Below are positions 1 through 9,023 of a stretch of 64,000 nucleotides of DNA, one piece after another. The notes beneath the pieces are model-generated. The model was given only the letters and a program-made list of their open reading frames with translations, made no database searches and was not told the origin of the DNA. This stretch comes from an uncultured Clostridia bacterium (GTDB lineage Bacteria > Bacillota > Clostridia > TANB77 > CAG-508), in contig CAPNDH010000003.1 in the NCBI GenBank assembly GCA_948664205.1, positions 1,330 to 65,329 of the forward strand, in the 5' to 3' direction. The number at the start of each line of letters is the position of its first letter. The stretch's first letter is position 1. A program made the translations under genes and the position numbers.

Positions 1-749
1 ATAATATCGGTTTAGTACCTAATAAGGAAATGATTTGGACTCGTGTAAGCCATGGTATGGTACTTGGTTCAAATAATGAAAAAATGAGTAAGTCTAAGGG
101 TAATGTTATTAACCCTGACGATATCGTTAAAGAATATGGTGCAGACACTTTAAGAGTTTATGAAATGTTTATGGGAGACTACACGCAAGATGCTCCTTGG
201 AGTACAGATTCTTTAAAAGGATGCAAACGTTTTATTGATAAAATTATTCGTTTGAAAGAAAAAGTTGTAGATGGAAATGAATACTCTCCTAAATTAGAAA
301 GCATAATTCATAAAACTATTAAAAAGGTACAAACTGACTTAAGTAATATGTCATACAATACTGCAGTATCAGCATTAATGATTTTAGCAAACAGTTATGA
401 TAATGAGAAAAATATAACTAAAGCAGATTATAAATTACTTTTAACGTTGCTTAACCCAATTGCTCCACATATTACAGAAGAGCTTAATGAAGAATTAGGA
501 TTTAAGCCACTATGTGAATCTACTTGGCCTATATATGATGAAGCAAAAACAATTGATAGTGAAATAGAAATTCCTGTTCAATTTAATGGAAAACTTAAGT
601 GCACAGTTACAGTTCCTTTAAACTCAGAGGAAGAAGCTGTAAAAGAAGTTGTCCACAATAACGAAACAGTTTGTGGATTGTTGGAAGGTAAAACTATTAT
701 TAAAGAAATTTATGTTAAAAATAAGATTTATAATATAGTTGTGAAATAA
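1..749 (+). CDS. leuS: leucine--tRNA ligase, C-terminal part (5' end lies outside the window)
   Basis: The frame is open from the window edge. It has the class I KMSKS box (EKMSKSKGNVINPDDIV) and a LeuS-type C-terminal anticodon-binding region. A strong hairpin terminator follows. Confidence 0.9.
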   Translation, partial: NIGLVPNKEMIWTRVSHGMVLGSNNEKMSKSKGNVINPDDIVKEYGADTLRVYEMFMGDYTQDAPWSTDSLKGCKRFIDKIIRLKEKVVDGNEYSPKLESIIHKTIKKVQTDLSNMSYNTAVSALMILANSYDNEKNITKADYKLLLTLLNPIAPHITEELNEELGFKPLCESTWPIYDEAKTIDSEIEIPVQFNGKLKCTVTVPLNSEEEAVKEVVHNNETVCGLLEGKTIIKEIYVKNKIYNIVVK

Positions 750-750
750 A

Positions 751-787
751 CAAATATAGGAACCTCAATTAGAGGTTCCTATATTTG
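751..787. terminator. bidirectional rho-independent terminator
   Basis: Perfect 16-bp stem caaatataggaacctc / gaggttcctatatttg with an aatt loop. It sits between convergent leuS and ORF 795..1250. Confidence 0.8.
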
Positions 788-794
788 TTACTAC

Positions 795-1250
795 TTAAGC
801 AATTATCCAGTCTTCGAATCTGGTATATCTCTGGTCTAAAACAAATTCACTACGATAATCCTTAACTACCATATGGCTTTTTGACGCAGATAATAAGGTG
901 ACTGGCTCATCCATAAAGGATTTATCTCCCATTGCAGTGGGTTTTATTCTTCTTATTTTTTTACCTTTCCATTTACTCAGCTTAGTTCCTCCTGAGCGCA
1001 ATGCCTTTTTATACGTAATCCAATTCATATCAGTAAAGCTAATAGGCAAAGTTCTTTCTTCATCTCCAAAGAGCCAACTAAGTGTTGTGTGTCTATATAT
1101 AATCCTTCCGTCTGTTGTAAAGCCTAACAATAAAATAGCTTCTTCCGTGTAGCATCTATCTTCATAACATGTTGGATTTGTTCTAATTATCTCCTTTCCA
1201 ATGCACTTGCTTAACCGGTTAATTGTTTTCTTCATAGTTTTGTTTTTCAT
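795..1250 (-). CDS. hypothetical protein (151 aa) in a higher-G+C insertion
   Basis: Long ORF with RBS aggagga before the ATG. G+C is visibly higher than the flanks, and it uses in-frame CGG (1215-1217). I recognise no motif. Confidence 0.6.
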   Translation of the reverse strand: MKNKTMKKTINRLSKCIGKEIIRTNPTCYEDRCYTEEAILLLGFTTDGRIIYRHTTLSWLFGDEERTLPISFTDMNWITYKKALRSGGTKLSKWKGKKIRRIKPTAMGDKSFMDEPVTLLSASKSHMVVKDYRSEFVLDQRYTRFEDWIIA

Positions 1251-1332
1251 TTTTTATCCTCCTAATTATTTAATTAAATAATTAATTACTTCCTTCCTAC
1301 ATTATAAAATAGGAATACTTTTGATACTATAT

Positions 1333-1361
1333 ATTATATAGTATCTTACATAAAATGTCAA
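1333..1361 (-). promoter_or_regulatory. sigma-A-type promoter (TTGACA-17-TATAAT) overlapped by a 23-bp palindrome
   Basis: The minus strand reads ttgaca (1361..1356), a 17-nt spacer, then tataat (1338..1333). The palindrome gatactatata-tt-atatagtatc (1323..1345) covers the -10 and spacer. Confidence 0.55.
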
Positions 1362-1445
1362 TTGTTTGTATCAATAAAATAGCATAAAAAACTGGCAGAA
1401 TTTTCTACCAGTTTTTTCGTATTTCTTTTTTGTCAATCTTGGACT

Positions 1446-1814
1446 TTAGAGCATAGCCTCCAACACTTCCATAAAATTATCCGCTTCGAGAAGGTCTCTT
1501 AACTCATAATACTTCAGTTCTTCGAAGATATCGTTCAAGTTACCAATGTCGTAGTTCTGAAGCAACCGGATAATTGCACTGTCTGCCGCCACCTTGTCTA
1601 TTTCCTTGTAGCTGTACTTTCTCAATTTGGATTCTACCCTCTTCTCATTGATGGTCGCCAGCAAAATGGCTACCTCGGTTTCATCCACATCGGGAACTTT
1701 CTTTGTAATCTGCTCTACCCGATTTGCACACACTTTAATGCTGTACAAATCCTCAGTACTGGATACAAAAAACTTGTCCTGATGTCTTTCAACGTTAGCT
1801 GTCTCGATATTCAT
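1446..1814 (-). CDS. hypothetical protein (122 aa) in a higher-G+C insertion
   Basis: ORF with RBS aggaggt. G+C is clearly above background, and it has two in-frame CGG codons (1566-1568, 1719-1721). I recognise no motif. Confidence 0.6.
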   Translation of the reverse strand: MNIETANVERHQDKFFVSSTEDLYSIKVCANRVEQITKKVPDVDETEVAILLATINEKRVESKLRKYSYKEIDKVAADSAIIRLLQNYDIGNLNDIFEELKYYELRDLLEADNFMEVLEAML

Positions 1815-1857
1815 AGAAATACCTCCTAAAATAAAAGTGATTTACGCTTACACTTTT

Positions 1858-1886
1858 ATTTTACACTATTTACATAATTTTGTCAA
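1858..1886 (-). promoter_or_regulatory. sigma-A-type promoter (TTGACA-17-TAAAAT)
   Basis: The minus strand reads ttgaca (1886..1881), a 17-nt spacer, then taaaat (1863..1858), upstream of ORF 1446..1814. Confidence 0.5.
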
Positions 1887-1985
1887 ATTTGTTGATTTTT
1901 CTTGCCTTTATGTAACTTTTGATATATAATAGATATATTAAATAACTGTAAACTATATTTCATTCTTATTAAGGAGGGAATCTAT

Positions 1986-2291
1986 ATGGGGCGGTATTAT
2001 ATCTATAGCTATTTAGAAACTTTGAAAAACATAGCATCAGCTGCTATTCCAATTTTCTTGGATTACTTATGGGTAAATATTTTAGTTGGAGCTATAACTG
2101 CAGTAATTGGATATATAATAATACATGAAAAGAAACATTCAAGTTTAAGTCGTTTTCTTCGTAATATTATTATTTTTATATTATTTGCTTTTGAAGTTTT
2201 TGTGATTTTGTATTTTTACAATTTGTGCGGAATATACTCTATTCTTTCTGCTTTTTTGGTTATATTCTTTATAATCATAGACAGCATTTAG
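1986..2291 (+). CDS. small integral membrane protein (101 aa, 3 predicted TM segments)
   Basis: RBS aaggaggg lies 7 nt before the ATG. The sequence is hydrophobic throughout and a terminator follows. Confidence 0.55.
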   Translation: MGRYYIYSYLETLKNIASAAIPIFLDYLWVNILVGAITAVIGYIIIHEKKHSSLSRFLRNIIIFILFAFEVFVILYFYNLCGIYSILSAFLVIFFIIIDSI

Positions 2292-2298
2292 AAAAAAA

Positions 2299-2329
2299 AT
2301 GTACAGAGATTTTTTAAATCTCTGTACAT
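2299..2329. terminator. bidirectional rho-independent terminator
   Basis: Stem atgtacagagattt / aaatctctgtacat, flanked by an A-run and a T-run. It sits between convergent ORF 1986..2291 and ldh. Confidence 0.8.
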
Positions 2330-2334
2330 TTTTT

Positions 2335-3291
2335 TTATTCTTTTATTATCTTTTCAATAGAGTCTTCTCGCATTTTCTTTATTAAATTGCAACTATTATT
2401 TAGTTTTTCTTGTTCTTCTGTATTTAATTCTAATTCCATTAATTCCCTTACACCATTTTGGTTAATTACTGCTGGAACTCCTATATACACATCATTTTGC
2501 CCATATTCTCCATTTTCCAAATATGTTGATACTGTTAGTATTGAATTTTCATTATCTAATATTGCCCTTACTAGCCTATTTAAGCTCATTCCTATTCCAT
2601 AATAAGTAGCTTTTTTTCTATTAATTATTTCATATGCTGCATTTATAACATTTTGATGTATTTTCTCTAAATCTTCTATTGGTCTTCCTTTATCTTTTAT
2701 TATATCAGTTAACTTTTTGCATCCTACATAACAATGTGACCAAGGTACAAATGATGAATCTCCGTGTTCTCCCATTATATATGCATGCACATTTTTACTA
2801 GAAACATCCATATAATCTGCTATCATATATCTTAGTCTTGCTGTATCCAATACTGTTCCTGAGCCTATTACTTTATTTTTAGGAAGTCCTGATACTTTAT
2901 ATACTACATATGTCATTAAATCAACAGGGTTACTTGCTACTATTATTATTCCATTAAATCCACTTGCCATTATGTTTTTTGTTATGTCTTTCACTATTTT
3001 AGTGTTTACCTCTGCTAATTCTAACCTTGTTTGGCCTGGCTTCTGCGCAACACCTGCTGTAATAACTACTATTTCAGCATCTTTACAGTCACTGTAATCG
3101 CCCGCTTTTATTACCATTTTTTGTGGTGCAAAAGGAAGTCCATGAGATAAATCCATCTCTTCTCCTACAGTTTTTTCTTTGTCAATATCTATTAAAACAA
3201 GCTCACCTATTCCACCTCTGTTTAACATTGAATATGCCATACTCATTCCAACAAAACCTGTTCCTACTAAAACAATTTTCCCATCTTTCAT
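2335..3291 (-). CDS. ldh: L-lactate dehydrogenase
   Basis: NAD-binding motif VLVGTGFVGMSMAY, substrate Arg in LDTARLRY, catalytic His in MGEHGDS. Length is 318 aa. Confidence 0.93.
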   Translation of the reverse strand: MKDGKIVLVGTGFVGMSMAYSMLNRGGIGELVLIDIDKEKTVGEEMDLSHGLPFAPQKMVIKAGDYSDCKDAEIVVITAGVAQKPGQTRLELAEVNTKIVKDITKNIMASGFNGIIIVASNPVDLMTYVVYKVSGLPKNKVIGSGTVLDTARLRYMIADYMDVSSKNVHAYIMGEHGDSSFVPWSHCYVGCKKLTDIIKDKGRPIEDLEKIHQNVINAAYEIINRKKATYYGIGMSLNRLVRAILDNENSILTVSTYLENGEYGQNDVYIGVPAVINQNGVRELMELELNTEEQEKLNNSCNLIKKMREDSIEKIIKE

Positions 3292-3363
3292 ATCAAATAT
3301 CCTCCTTAATGTTTTTTAATTTGCTATATTATAATTATACCACTTTTTTTATTTTGTAAAACT

Positions 3364-3593
3364 AAAAAACAAGAATAAAATTTTCTAAGCTCATTCTTCG
3401 CTAAGATTTCTTAGTCGTAGCATTTTAATGCGTACGAATAAGTTATGCTTTAGTAAAATCTAATTCTTCCATAACCATCTTCTAAGGAAACTCACCTTCT
3501 TCGTTTCACTACGCATAAGTTATCCGTAAAGTCATTTCATTCCTAACGGCTAACTTAACTAACGTGGATGACTTTCCTAAGAATATAAAAAAC
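3364..3593 (+). repeat. intergenic repeat family A ('ctaag' element), long composite copy
   Basis: It starts aaaaaacaagaataaaattttctaagctcattcttcgctaag and ends gatgactttcctaagaatataaaaaa. The same termini occur at 10570, 15980 and 35180, and inverted at 63964. Confidence 0.8.
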
Positions 3594-4028
3594 TATAAAA
3601 TTATTATTTGATATTCAAAATTTATTATTATAAGTTAAGTTCTGCTTTCACAATGAAATATATTCATCATTATACTGTTGTAATTTTTTTAAGTTTAGTG
3701 ATCATTGTTTTGCTACATATTATTTTACCTTTCCTTTCTAGTTCAATTATGAACTACTAGTATTACATACTTAAGCTACGTGAGCCATTATAATACTTTT
3801 TTCTTCATATTTCAAGTTTTTAATTTAAAATTTAAGAAAATAAATTAAACTTCTTTAGATTAAACTCTTTTATAGCTACTATGGTAACCAAAATGTAATA
3901 AAACTTTAATACCTTTGTAACCCTACTTTTATTATTATATTGTATAATGTATTTGTTAAAATAAATGCCAAATATTTTGGTCATCAATAGCTACGACCCA
4001 ATTATAAAAAATGTACAAAGGAGAAATT

Positions 4029-5237
4029 ATGAATATAGAAAAAGACTTAAAAAAGGATGGTATTACTGTTATTAAACAGTTAGATACATTAAGTGTTACT
4101 TTAATTTCAAAATATGTTGCAGAAAAGCTTATATCTGCCCTTCCTTTTTATGGTTTAAATTATAGTAATTTATTTATAAAAATATGCAATATTCCTATGT
4201 TTATTGCTGATATTCCAAGTAGTATGGGAGAAGCAAGTTATTTTTATAAAAATTCTTCTATATACTTCAAAGATGGATTATCTATTCATGAAATGAAAAG
4301 ATATGCTGTTCATGAATTTATACATGCTTATCAAGAAATAAAAGATAAAAGTAATATATTATATAGGCTTGGGCTTTGTGATTTTACTGGTATTAAAGTT
4401 CATGGTTTAGCTTTAAATGAAGGTGCTGTTCAATTAATTTCTGCAAAAGCTTTAGGTAATGATATAGAAAATGTCAAATATTATGATATAGAATTTAATA
4501 CAAATACTCCTAGTTATTACCCTATTATTTGTAATTTAGTTAGCCAATTAGCTTATATCACTGGTGAAAATGTATTATTTGACAGCACTTTAAATAGCAA
4601 TTCTAAATTTGTAAAATCTTTGATTTCTTTGCTAGGAGAAAAAAACTTTTATAAAATAGAATCAAATTTAGATAAAATATTGAAGATTGAAGAAGAAATG
4701 ATTTCTTTATCTAATAAATTAGAAAATGAATTTTTAAGTGGAGCTTTTATTGCTAAATCTTCTACCAAAATAGGTATATATAAAAATTCTATTAAAAATA
4801 TATTTTTTGAAACTCAAAACCTTATTATAAAATCTTATTTTGATAGAGCATTAAATAATGTATATTCTATACAAGAAATTGAAGATTATAGAAAAAAATT
4901 ATATTGTTATAAAGATTTATTAGGTGTTACAGAAGACTATAATTTCTTTAATGATTATTATATTAATATGATGATGAAACTAGATGAAAAATATGAACAA
5001 GCTTCTAACCCTGAACTTTCACTTGTTCCATATACTAGAAGTATTTTTGAAATTATTATTCAAAAAATACGTGCACTTATTGGTGTTAAACGGAGAAGAA
5101 ATGAATTTTGTAAAAGTGAAATAGAATACCAGAGAGGCTTCGCCTCTCGGACGAGCGATGAAAAGCCCCTACAATTCAAAATCAGTTTTTTCTATAAAAG
5201 TTGGGGAAGTTTTGGGAAAGTTTTAAACATATCCTAA
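4029..5237 (+). CDS. hypothetical protein with an HExxH motif (putative zinc metallopeptidase)
   Basis: RBS aaggag before ATG 4029; the track start at 4011 lies inside the RBS. It carries the motif AVHEFIHAYQE. The last ~45 codons read through an intergenic family B repeat, so the C-terminus is doubtful. Confidence 0.55.
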   Translation: MNIEKDLKKDGITVIKQLDTLSVTLISKYVAEKLISALPFYGLNYSNLFIKICNIPMFIADIPSSMGEASYFYKNSSIYFKDGLSIHEMKRYAVHEFIHAYQEIKDKSNILYRLGLCDFTGIKVHGLALNEGAVQLISAKALGNDIENVKYYDIEFNTNTPSYYPIICNLVSQLAYITGENVLFDSTLNSNSKFVKSLISLLGEKNFYKIESNLDKILKIEEEMISLSNKLENEFLSGAFIAKSSTKIGIYKNSIKNIFFETQNLIIKSYFDRALNNVYSIQEIEDYRKKLYCYKDLLGVTEDYNFFNDYYINMMMKLDEKYEQASNPELSLVPYTRSIFEIIIQKIRALIGVKRRRNEFCKSEIEYQRGFASRTSDEKPLQFKISFFYKSWGSFGKVLNIS

Positions 5238-5267
5238 ATCTTTTAACAAATTAAAGAAATAAATTTT

Positions 5268-5314
5268 AAAAAGTTGGAAAGTTTTTGACACGTCCCAAAT
5301 CTTTCCAACTTTTT
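5268..5314. terminator. bidirectional terminator hairpin
   Basis: Stem aaaaagttggaaag / ctttccaacttttt with a 19-nt loop, between convergent ORF 4029..5237 and murG. Confidence 0.65.
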
Positions 5315-6430
5315 TTATTTAACTAACTTTTTAATTTCTTGATATATTTTCTCTTCAACATTCCCTACTGAATTTTTATTTGCATTTATCCCCATTTCTT
5401 TCATGTGTTGTGGATTATTTACTATGTTTTCTATTTCTTTATTAAGTGCTTTTGCATTTAGATCTTTATTCAATACTATTTTTGCTGCACCTATTTTCTC
5501 TAATACCTTTGCATTATATAATTGATGGTCATTACTTACATTTGGTAGTGGTACTAATATTGAAGGTTTTCCCAAGTTTGATATTTCTGTTATTGTCATT
5601 GCTCCACTTCTTGCAACTATAATATCTGAAATGTTCATAACTTCTTCCATATTATATATGTATGGTACTATTTTCATATTTTGTATATTATTAATATTTA
5701 AATTTATATTCTCAAATTGTCCTTTTATTATTTCATATTGCTCAGGACCTGTTGCCCACATTATTTGATAATTTCTATTTAGTTTTTTATTTGCAATCTC
5801 AATTATTGCTTCGTTTATTGCTTTCGCTCCTTGGCTTCCCCCAAAAACTAATACTATTGGTTTATTTAAACTAAGACCTAATTTAGTTTTTATATTCTCT
5901 TTTTCTTCTTTACCATATTCAAGTTTTTTAACTTTTACAGGTGTTCCTGTATGCACTATTTTTTTAGCATTCTTTATTTTATTTTTTGCATCCTTAAATG
6001 ATATTAAAATGCAGTCTGTTTTTTTAGCAAGCATTGTTACTGCTTTGCCTGGAAACGCATTACTTTCATGGATAATAGTTGGAATATGTAGTTTATGCGC
6101 AGCTGTAATTGTTGCTCCACAAATATATCCTCCTGTTCCTATTACAATATCTGGTTTAAATTCTTGTATAATCTTTTTTGCTTCTCCATAACCTTTAAAT
6201 GTTCTATATAATCTTTTTAAATTTTCAATTGAAATTTTTTTACATAACCCATAGGCTTGTATTGTTTTTAGTTCATATCCCGCTCTTGGAACCAAGTCAT
6301 TTTCTAGACCTCTTGATGTACCTATAAACATTATTTTAGAATTCGGCTCTTTTAGTTTTATTTTATTAGCTATTGCTATTCCCGGATTAATATGTCCCCC
6401 AGTACCAGCCGCCGCAACAATTACCCTCAT
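5315..6430 (-). CDS. murG: UDP-N-acetylglucosamine--N-acetylmuramyl-(pentapeptide) pyrophosphoryl-undecaprenol GlcNAc transferase
   Basis: N-terminal AAAGTGGHINPGIAIA and the GT28 C-terminal domain (GGSQGA ... RSGAMTITE). It sits in dcw context. Confidence 0.93.
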   Translation of the reverse strand: MRVIVAAAGTGGHINPGIAIANKIKLKEPNSKIMFIGTSRGLENDLVPRAGYELKTIQAYGLCKKISIENLKRLYRTFKGYGEAKKIIQEFKPDIVIGTGGYICGATITAAHKLHIPTIIHESNAFPGKAVTMLAKKTDCILISFKDAKNKIKNAKKIVHTGTPVKVKKLEYGKEEKENIKTKLGLSLNKPIVLVFGGSQGAKAINEAIIEIANKKLNRNYQIMWATGPEQYEIIKGQFENINLNINNIQNMKIVPYIYNMEEVMNISDIIVARSGAMTITEISNLGKPSILVPLPNVSNDHQLYNAKVLEKIGAAKIVLNKDLNAKALNKEIENIVNNPQHMKEMGINANKNSVGNVEEKIYQEIKKLVK

Positions 6431-6688
6431 TCTTTTCCTCCCAAAACTCGAAGAGTTTTGTACTCTTCACTATTCATTATTCATTATTCACTATTCATTA
6501 AAGCAATTTTTTCGAAGCACGGACGACTACTAGTCGCTCCTACATCAAACCTCAGGTTTGTATTATTCACTATTCATTAAAGTAATTCCTTTTAAGAACA
6601 GGCAGACACAAGTTCTGCCCTCACATAAATGTCCCAAGAGGGACAGATTACTCAAAAGGAAACGTCCCCAATGGACACCCAATGGACA
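6431..6688. repeat. composite intra-operon spacer built from repeat modules (families D, B and E)
   Basis: Modules in order: a gaagagt/actcttc hairpin; attcatt-type heptamer runs at 6468-6503 and 6561-6582; ttcgaagcacggacgactactagtcgctcctaca; a ggcaga/tctgcc hairpin; and gggacagatta...aacgtccccaatggacacccaatggaca, which is also found at 47495-47550. Confidence 0.8.
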
Positions 6689-7843
6689 TTACACTTTCGA
6701 ACTAGAACGTGATATATTTAATAATATTCCACAGCTACATAGTAATATTACTAGCGCAGTTCCACCATAACTAAAGAAAGGAAGTGATATACCAGTTGCT
6801 GGCATTGAAGAAGTAACAACTGCTATATTCATTATTGCTTGAAGTCCTATTAATGATGTTATACCTACTGCTAGTAAGCTTCCAAAGCAATCTTTTGCTT
6901 TCATTGATATAACGGCTCCTCTCCATACAAATATTGCAAATAATGCGATTACTGCTATACATCCTATAAATCCTAATTCTTCTGCCAATACTGCAAATAT
7001 AAAGTCATTATGTGGTTCTGGTATATATAAATACTTTTGTTTACTGTTTCCTAGTCCTACTCCAAATAGCCCTCCTGAGCCTATTGCATATAAACCTTGT
7101 ATAACTTGCCAACCTGTATCTGTTGCATCTGCCCAAGGATCTAAGAAAGTAGTTAATCTTGCTAAACGGAAATCTCCTTTTCCTGTTACTTGCGCCAAAA
7201 CTAACATTCCAAATACAAGTGCTGAGCCCCCTGCTACACCCGCTGTTAAAAAGTATTTCGTTTTACTTCCTGCCATTACCATCATTATACTTATTATTGC
7301 TATAATAATAATTGATGCACTTAAATGGTCTTGTATAAAGAATAATATTGCTATTGGTGGTACTAAATATATAAGTGGTTTTACAAAACCTAACCAAAAT
7401 GAGTTTAATTCTGTTCTATGATCTGCAAGATATGACGCATAAAATACAATTAACCCTATTTTTGCAAGTTCTGATGGTTGGAATTGTCCAAATCCTAAAT
7501 TTATCCACCTTCTTGCACCCTTAACTTCTACACCTATTTTAGGTACAACTACTAATGCAAGAAATATTATTGAAAGTATGTAAGCAACTTTATAAAGTTT
7601 TTTATAAATTCTATAATCTATTTTTGATATTGTAAGCATTAATACTATTCCAATAAAGCCAAATACTGCCTGATTTATTAAGAAGTGATAACTGTTTCCA
7701 TAATTAGCAAGTGAAAATGGTGCACTTGCTGATAGTACCATAACAATGCCTAATGCTAATAACAAAAAGATTGTTATGCACAATATAAAATCAAATTGTT
7801 TTTGATTTGTTTTTCCTTTATTTTTTACCTTTGTATTAGGCAT
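6689..7843 (-). CDS. ftsW: FtsW/SpoVE (SEDS family) peptidoglycan polymerase
   Basis: Ten-TM SEDS pattern with FLDPWADA, GWQVIQGLYAIGSGGLFG and PEPHNDFIF. I place the start at ATG 7843 (RBS aaaggag); the track start at 7882 would overlap mraY. Confidence 0.9.
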   Translation of the reverse strand: MPNTKVKNKGKTNQKQFDFILCITIFLLLALGIVMVLSASAPFSLANYGNSYHFLINQAVFGFIGIVLMLTISKIDYRIYKKLYKVAYILSIIFLALVVVPKIGVEVKGARRWINLGFGQFQPSELAKIGLIVFYASYLADHRTELNSFWLGFVKPLIYLVPPIAILFFIQDHLSASIIIIAIISIMMVMAGSKTKYFLTAGVAGGSALVFGMLVLAQVTGKGDFRLARLTTFLDPWADATDTGWQVIQGLYAIGSGGLFGVGLGNSKQKYLYIPEPHNDFIFAVLAEELGFIGCIAVIALFAIFVWRGAVISMKAKDCFGSLLAVGITSLIGLQAIMNIAVVTSSMPATGISLPFFSYGGTALVILLCSCGILLNISRSSSKV

Positions 7844-7871
7844 TGTTTTTCTCCTTTCGAAACTCAAAAAG

Positions 7872-8855
7872 TTATATTGCAAATATTCCTATTATGCATG
7901 CTACTAGTGTTACAATACTAAATACTGAAACTACTTTATTTTCTCTCCAACCTGATAATTCAAAATGATGATGTAATGGTGCCATTTTAAATATTCTGTT
8001 TCCTGTCCTTTTATAATGAGCTACTTGAATCATTACAGATAATGTTTCTAATACTGGTATTATTGCTATTATTAACAGTAATAATGGCATTTTTAGGTAT
8101 AGTGCCATTGCAGATACAGCTCCTCCTAAAAGTAGCGAACCTGTATCTCCCATCATTATTTTTGATGGATATAAATTGAATAATAAAAAACCTAAACAAG
8201 CTCCTGATAATGCACTTCCAAATAATGTTACTTCTTTTAAATTAAATATTATTCCAATTACTGTTAAACATGTAAGTATTATTGTTGTAACACTACTTGA
8301 TAAACCATCTATTCCATCTGTTAAGTTAATTGCATTTGTTGCCGCTAGCATTACAAATATTGCAAATGGTATGTATAACCAAATTGGCATTGTTATTGTG
8401 GTTTTAACAAATGGAATATATATGTCTGTTCCATTACCTAATACTTTGCTCAAAAATATAGTGTATACAACTGCTACTATTAAAAGTCCTATCATTTTTG
8501 CCATTGGTCTTAATCCTTTTGTGTTCCTTAATACTAATTTTTTAAAGTCATCTATAAAACCTATTAATCCAAACCCTACACTTGTTAGCATTAAAACTAT
8601 CATGTTTTTAGCAATTTGTGGTTCTATTGTTTTATGTGTATAGTAGTAATATAAACCTATACATATTATTACTATACTAATTGCAATTATTATTCCTCCC
8701 ATTGTTGGAGTTCCTTGTTTTTTTAAGTGTGATTCTGGCCCATCATCTCTTTCAATTTGACCTACTTTTAATTTTTTTAGTATTGGTATTATTATTAATG
8801 ATAGTATTACTGTTATTATGAATGATAATATCAATACTTTTACTTGAAATTCCAT
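7872..8855 (-). CDS. mraY: phospho-N-acetylmuramoyl-pentapeptide transferase
   Basis: Motifs PTMGG, NAINLTDGIDGL, MGDTGSLLLGG and APLHHHFE. RBS aggagg is present. Confidence 0.95.
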   Translation of the reverse strand: MEFQVKVLILSFIITVILSLIIIPILKKLKVGQIERDDGPESHLKKQGTPTMGGIIIAISIVIICIGLYYYYTHKTIEPQIAKNMIVLMLTSVGFGLIGFIDDFKKLVLRNTKGLRPMAKMIGLLIVAVVYTIFLSKVLGNGTDIYIPFVKTTITMPIWLYIPFAIFVMLAATNAINLTDGIDGLSSSVTTIILTCLTVIGIIFNLKEVTLFGSALSGACLGFLLFNLYPSKIMMGDTGSLLLGGAVSAMALYLKMPLLLLIIAIIPVLETLSVMIQVAHYKRTGNRIFKMAPLHHHFELSGWRENKVVSVFSIVTLVACIIGIFAI

Positions 8856-8867
8856 TTTAACCTCCTG

Positions 8868-8980
8868 TTGGAGATTAGAGGTTGGAGGTTAGAGGTTGGA
8901 GGTTGGATTTATGGTAATTCTTCGAAGAATTTACCTAATTTCCAACTTCCAACTTCCAACTTCCAACTTCCAACTTCCTC
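8868..8980. repeat. repeat family C: long hairpin of octamer repeats around a ttcttcgaagaa centre
   Basis: The left arm is (ggttggag/ggttagag)n. The centre is ggtaattcttcgaagaatttacc. The right arm is (ccaacttc)n. It fills the murE-mraY spacer, and copies occur at 62434 and 63811. Confidence 0.85.
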
Positions 8981-9023
8981 TTATGTTCTTTACTGTTTAT
9001 TGTAAAGTTGGTCTATTTTAAAC

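Noticed and set aside
6392-6770. ORFs 6392..6580 and 6558..6770 in the ftsW-murG spacer.
   Set aside because: They are composed entirely of intergenic repeat modules (families D, B and E) that recur in non-coding positions elsewhere. They have no RBS.
8868-8980. Short tandem repeats (ggttggag/ccaacttc, attcatt, PTD-coding 9-mers) considered as possible CRISPR arrays.
   Set aside because: The units are 7-9 bp and contiguous, with no spacers. They form inverted arms or code for a protein linker. There are no cas genes and no 25-40 bp repeat/spacer periodicity.
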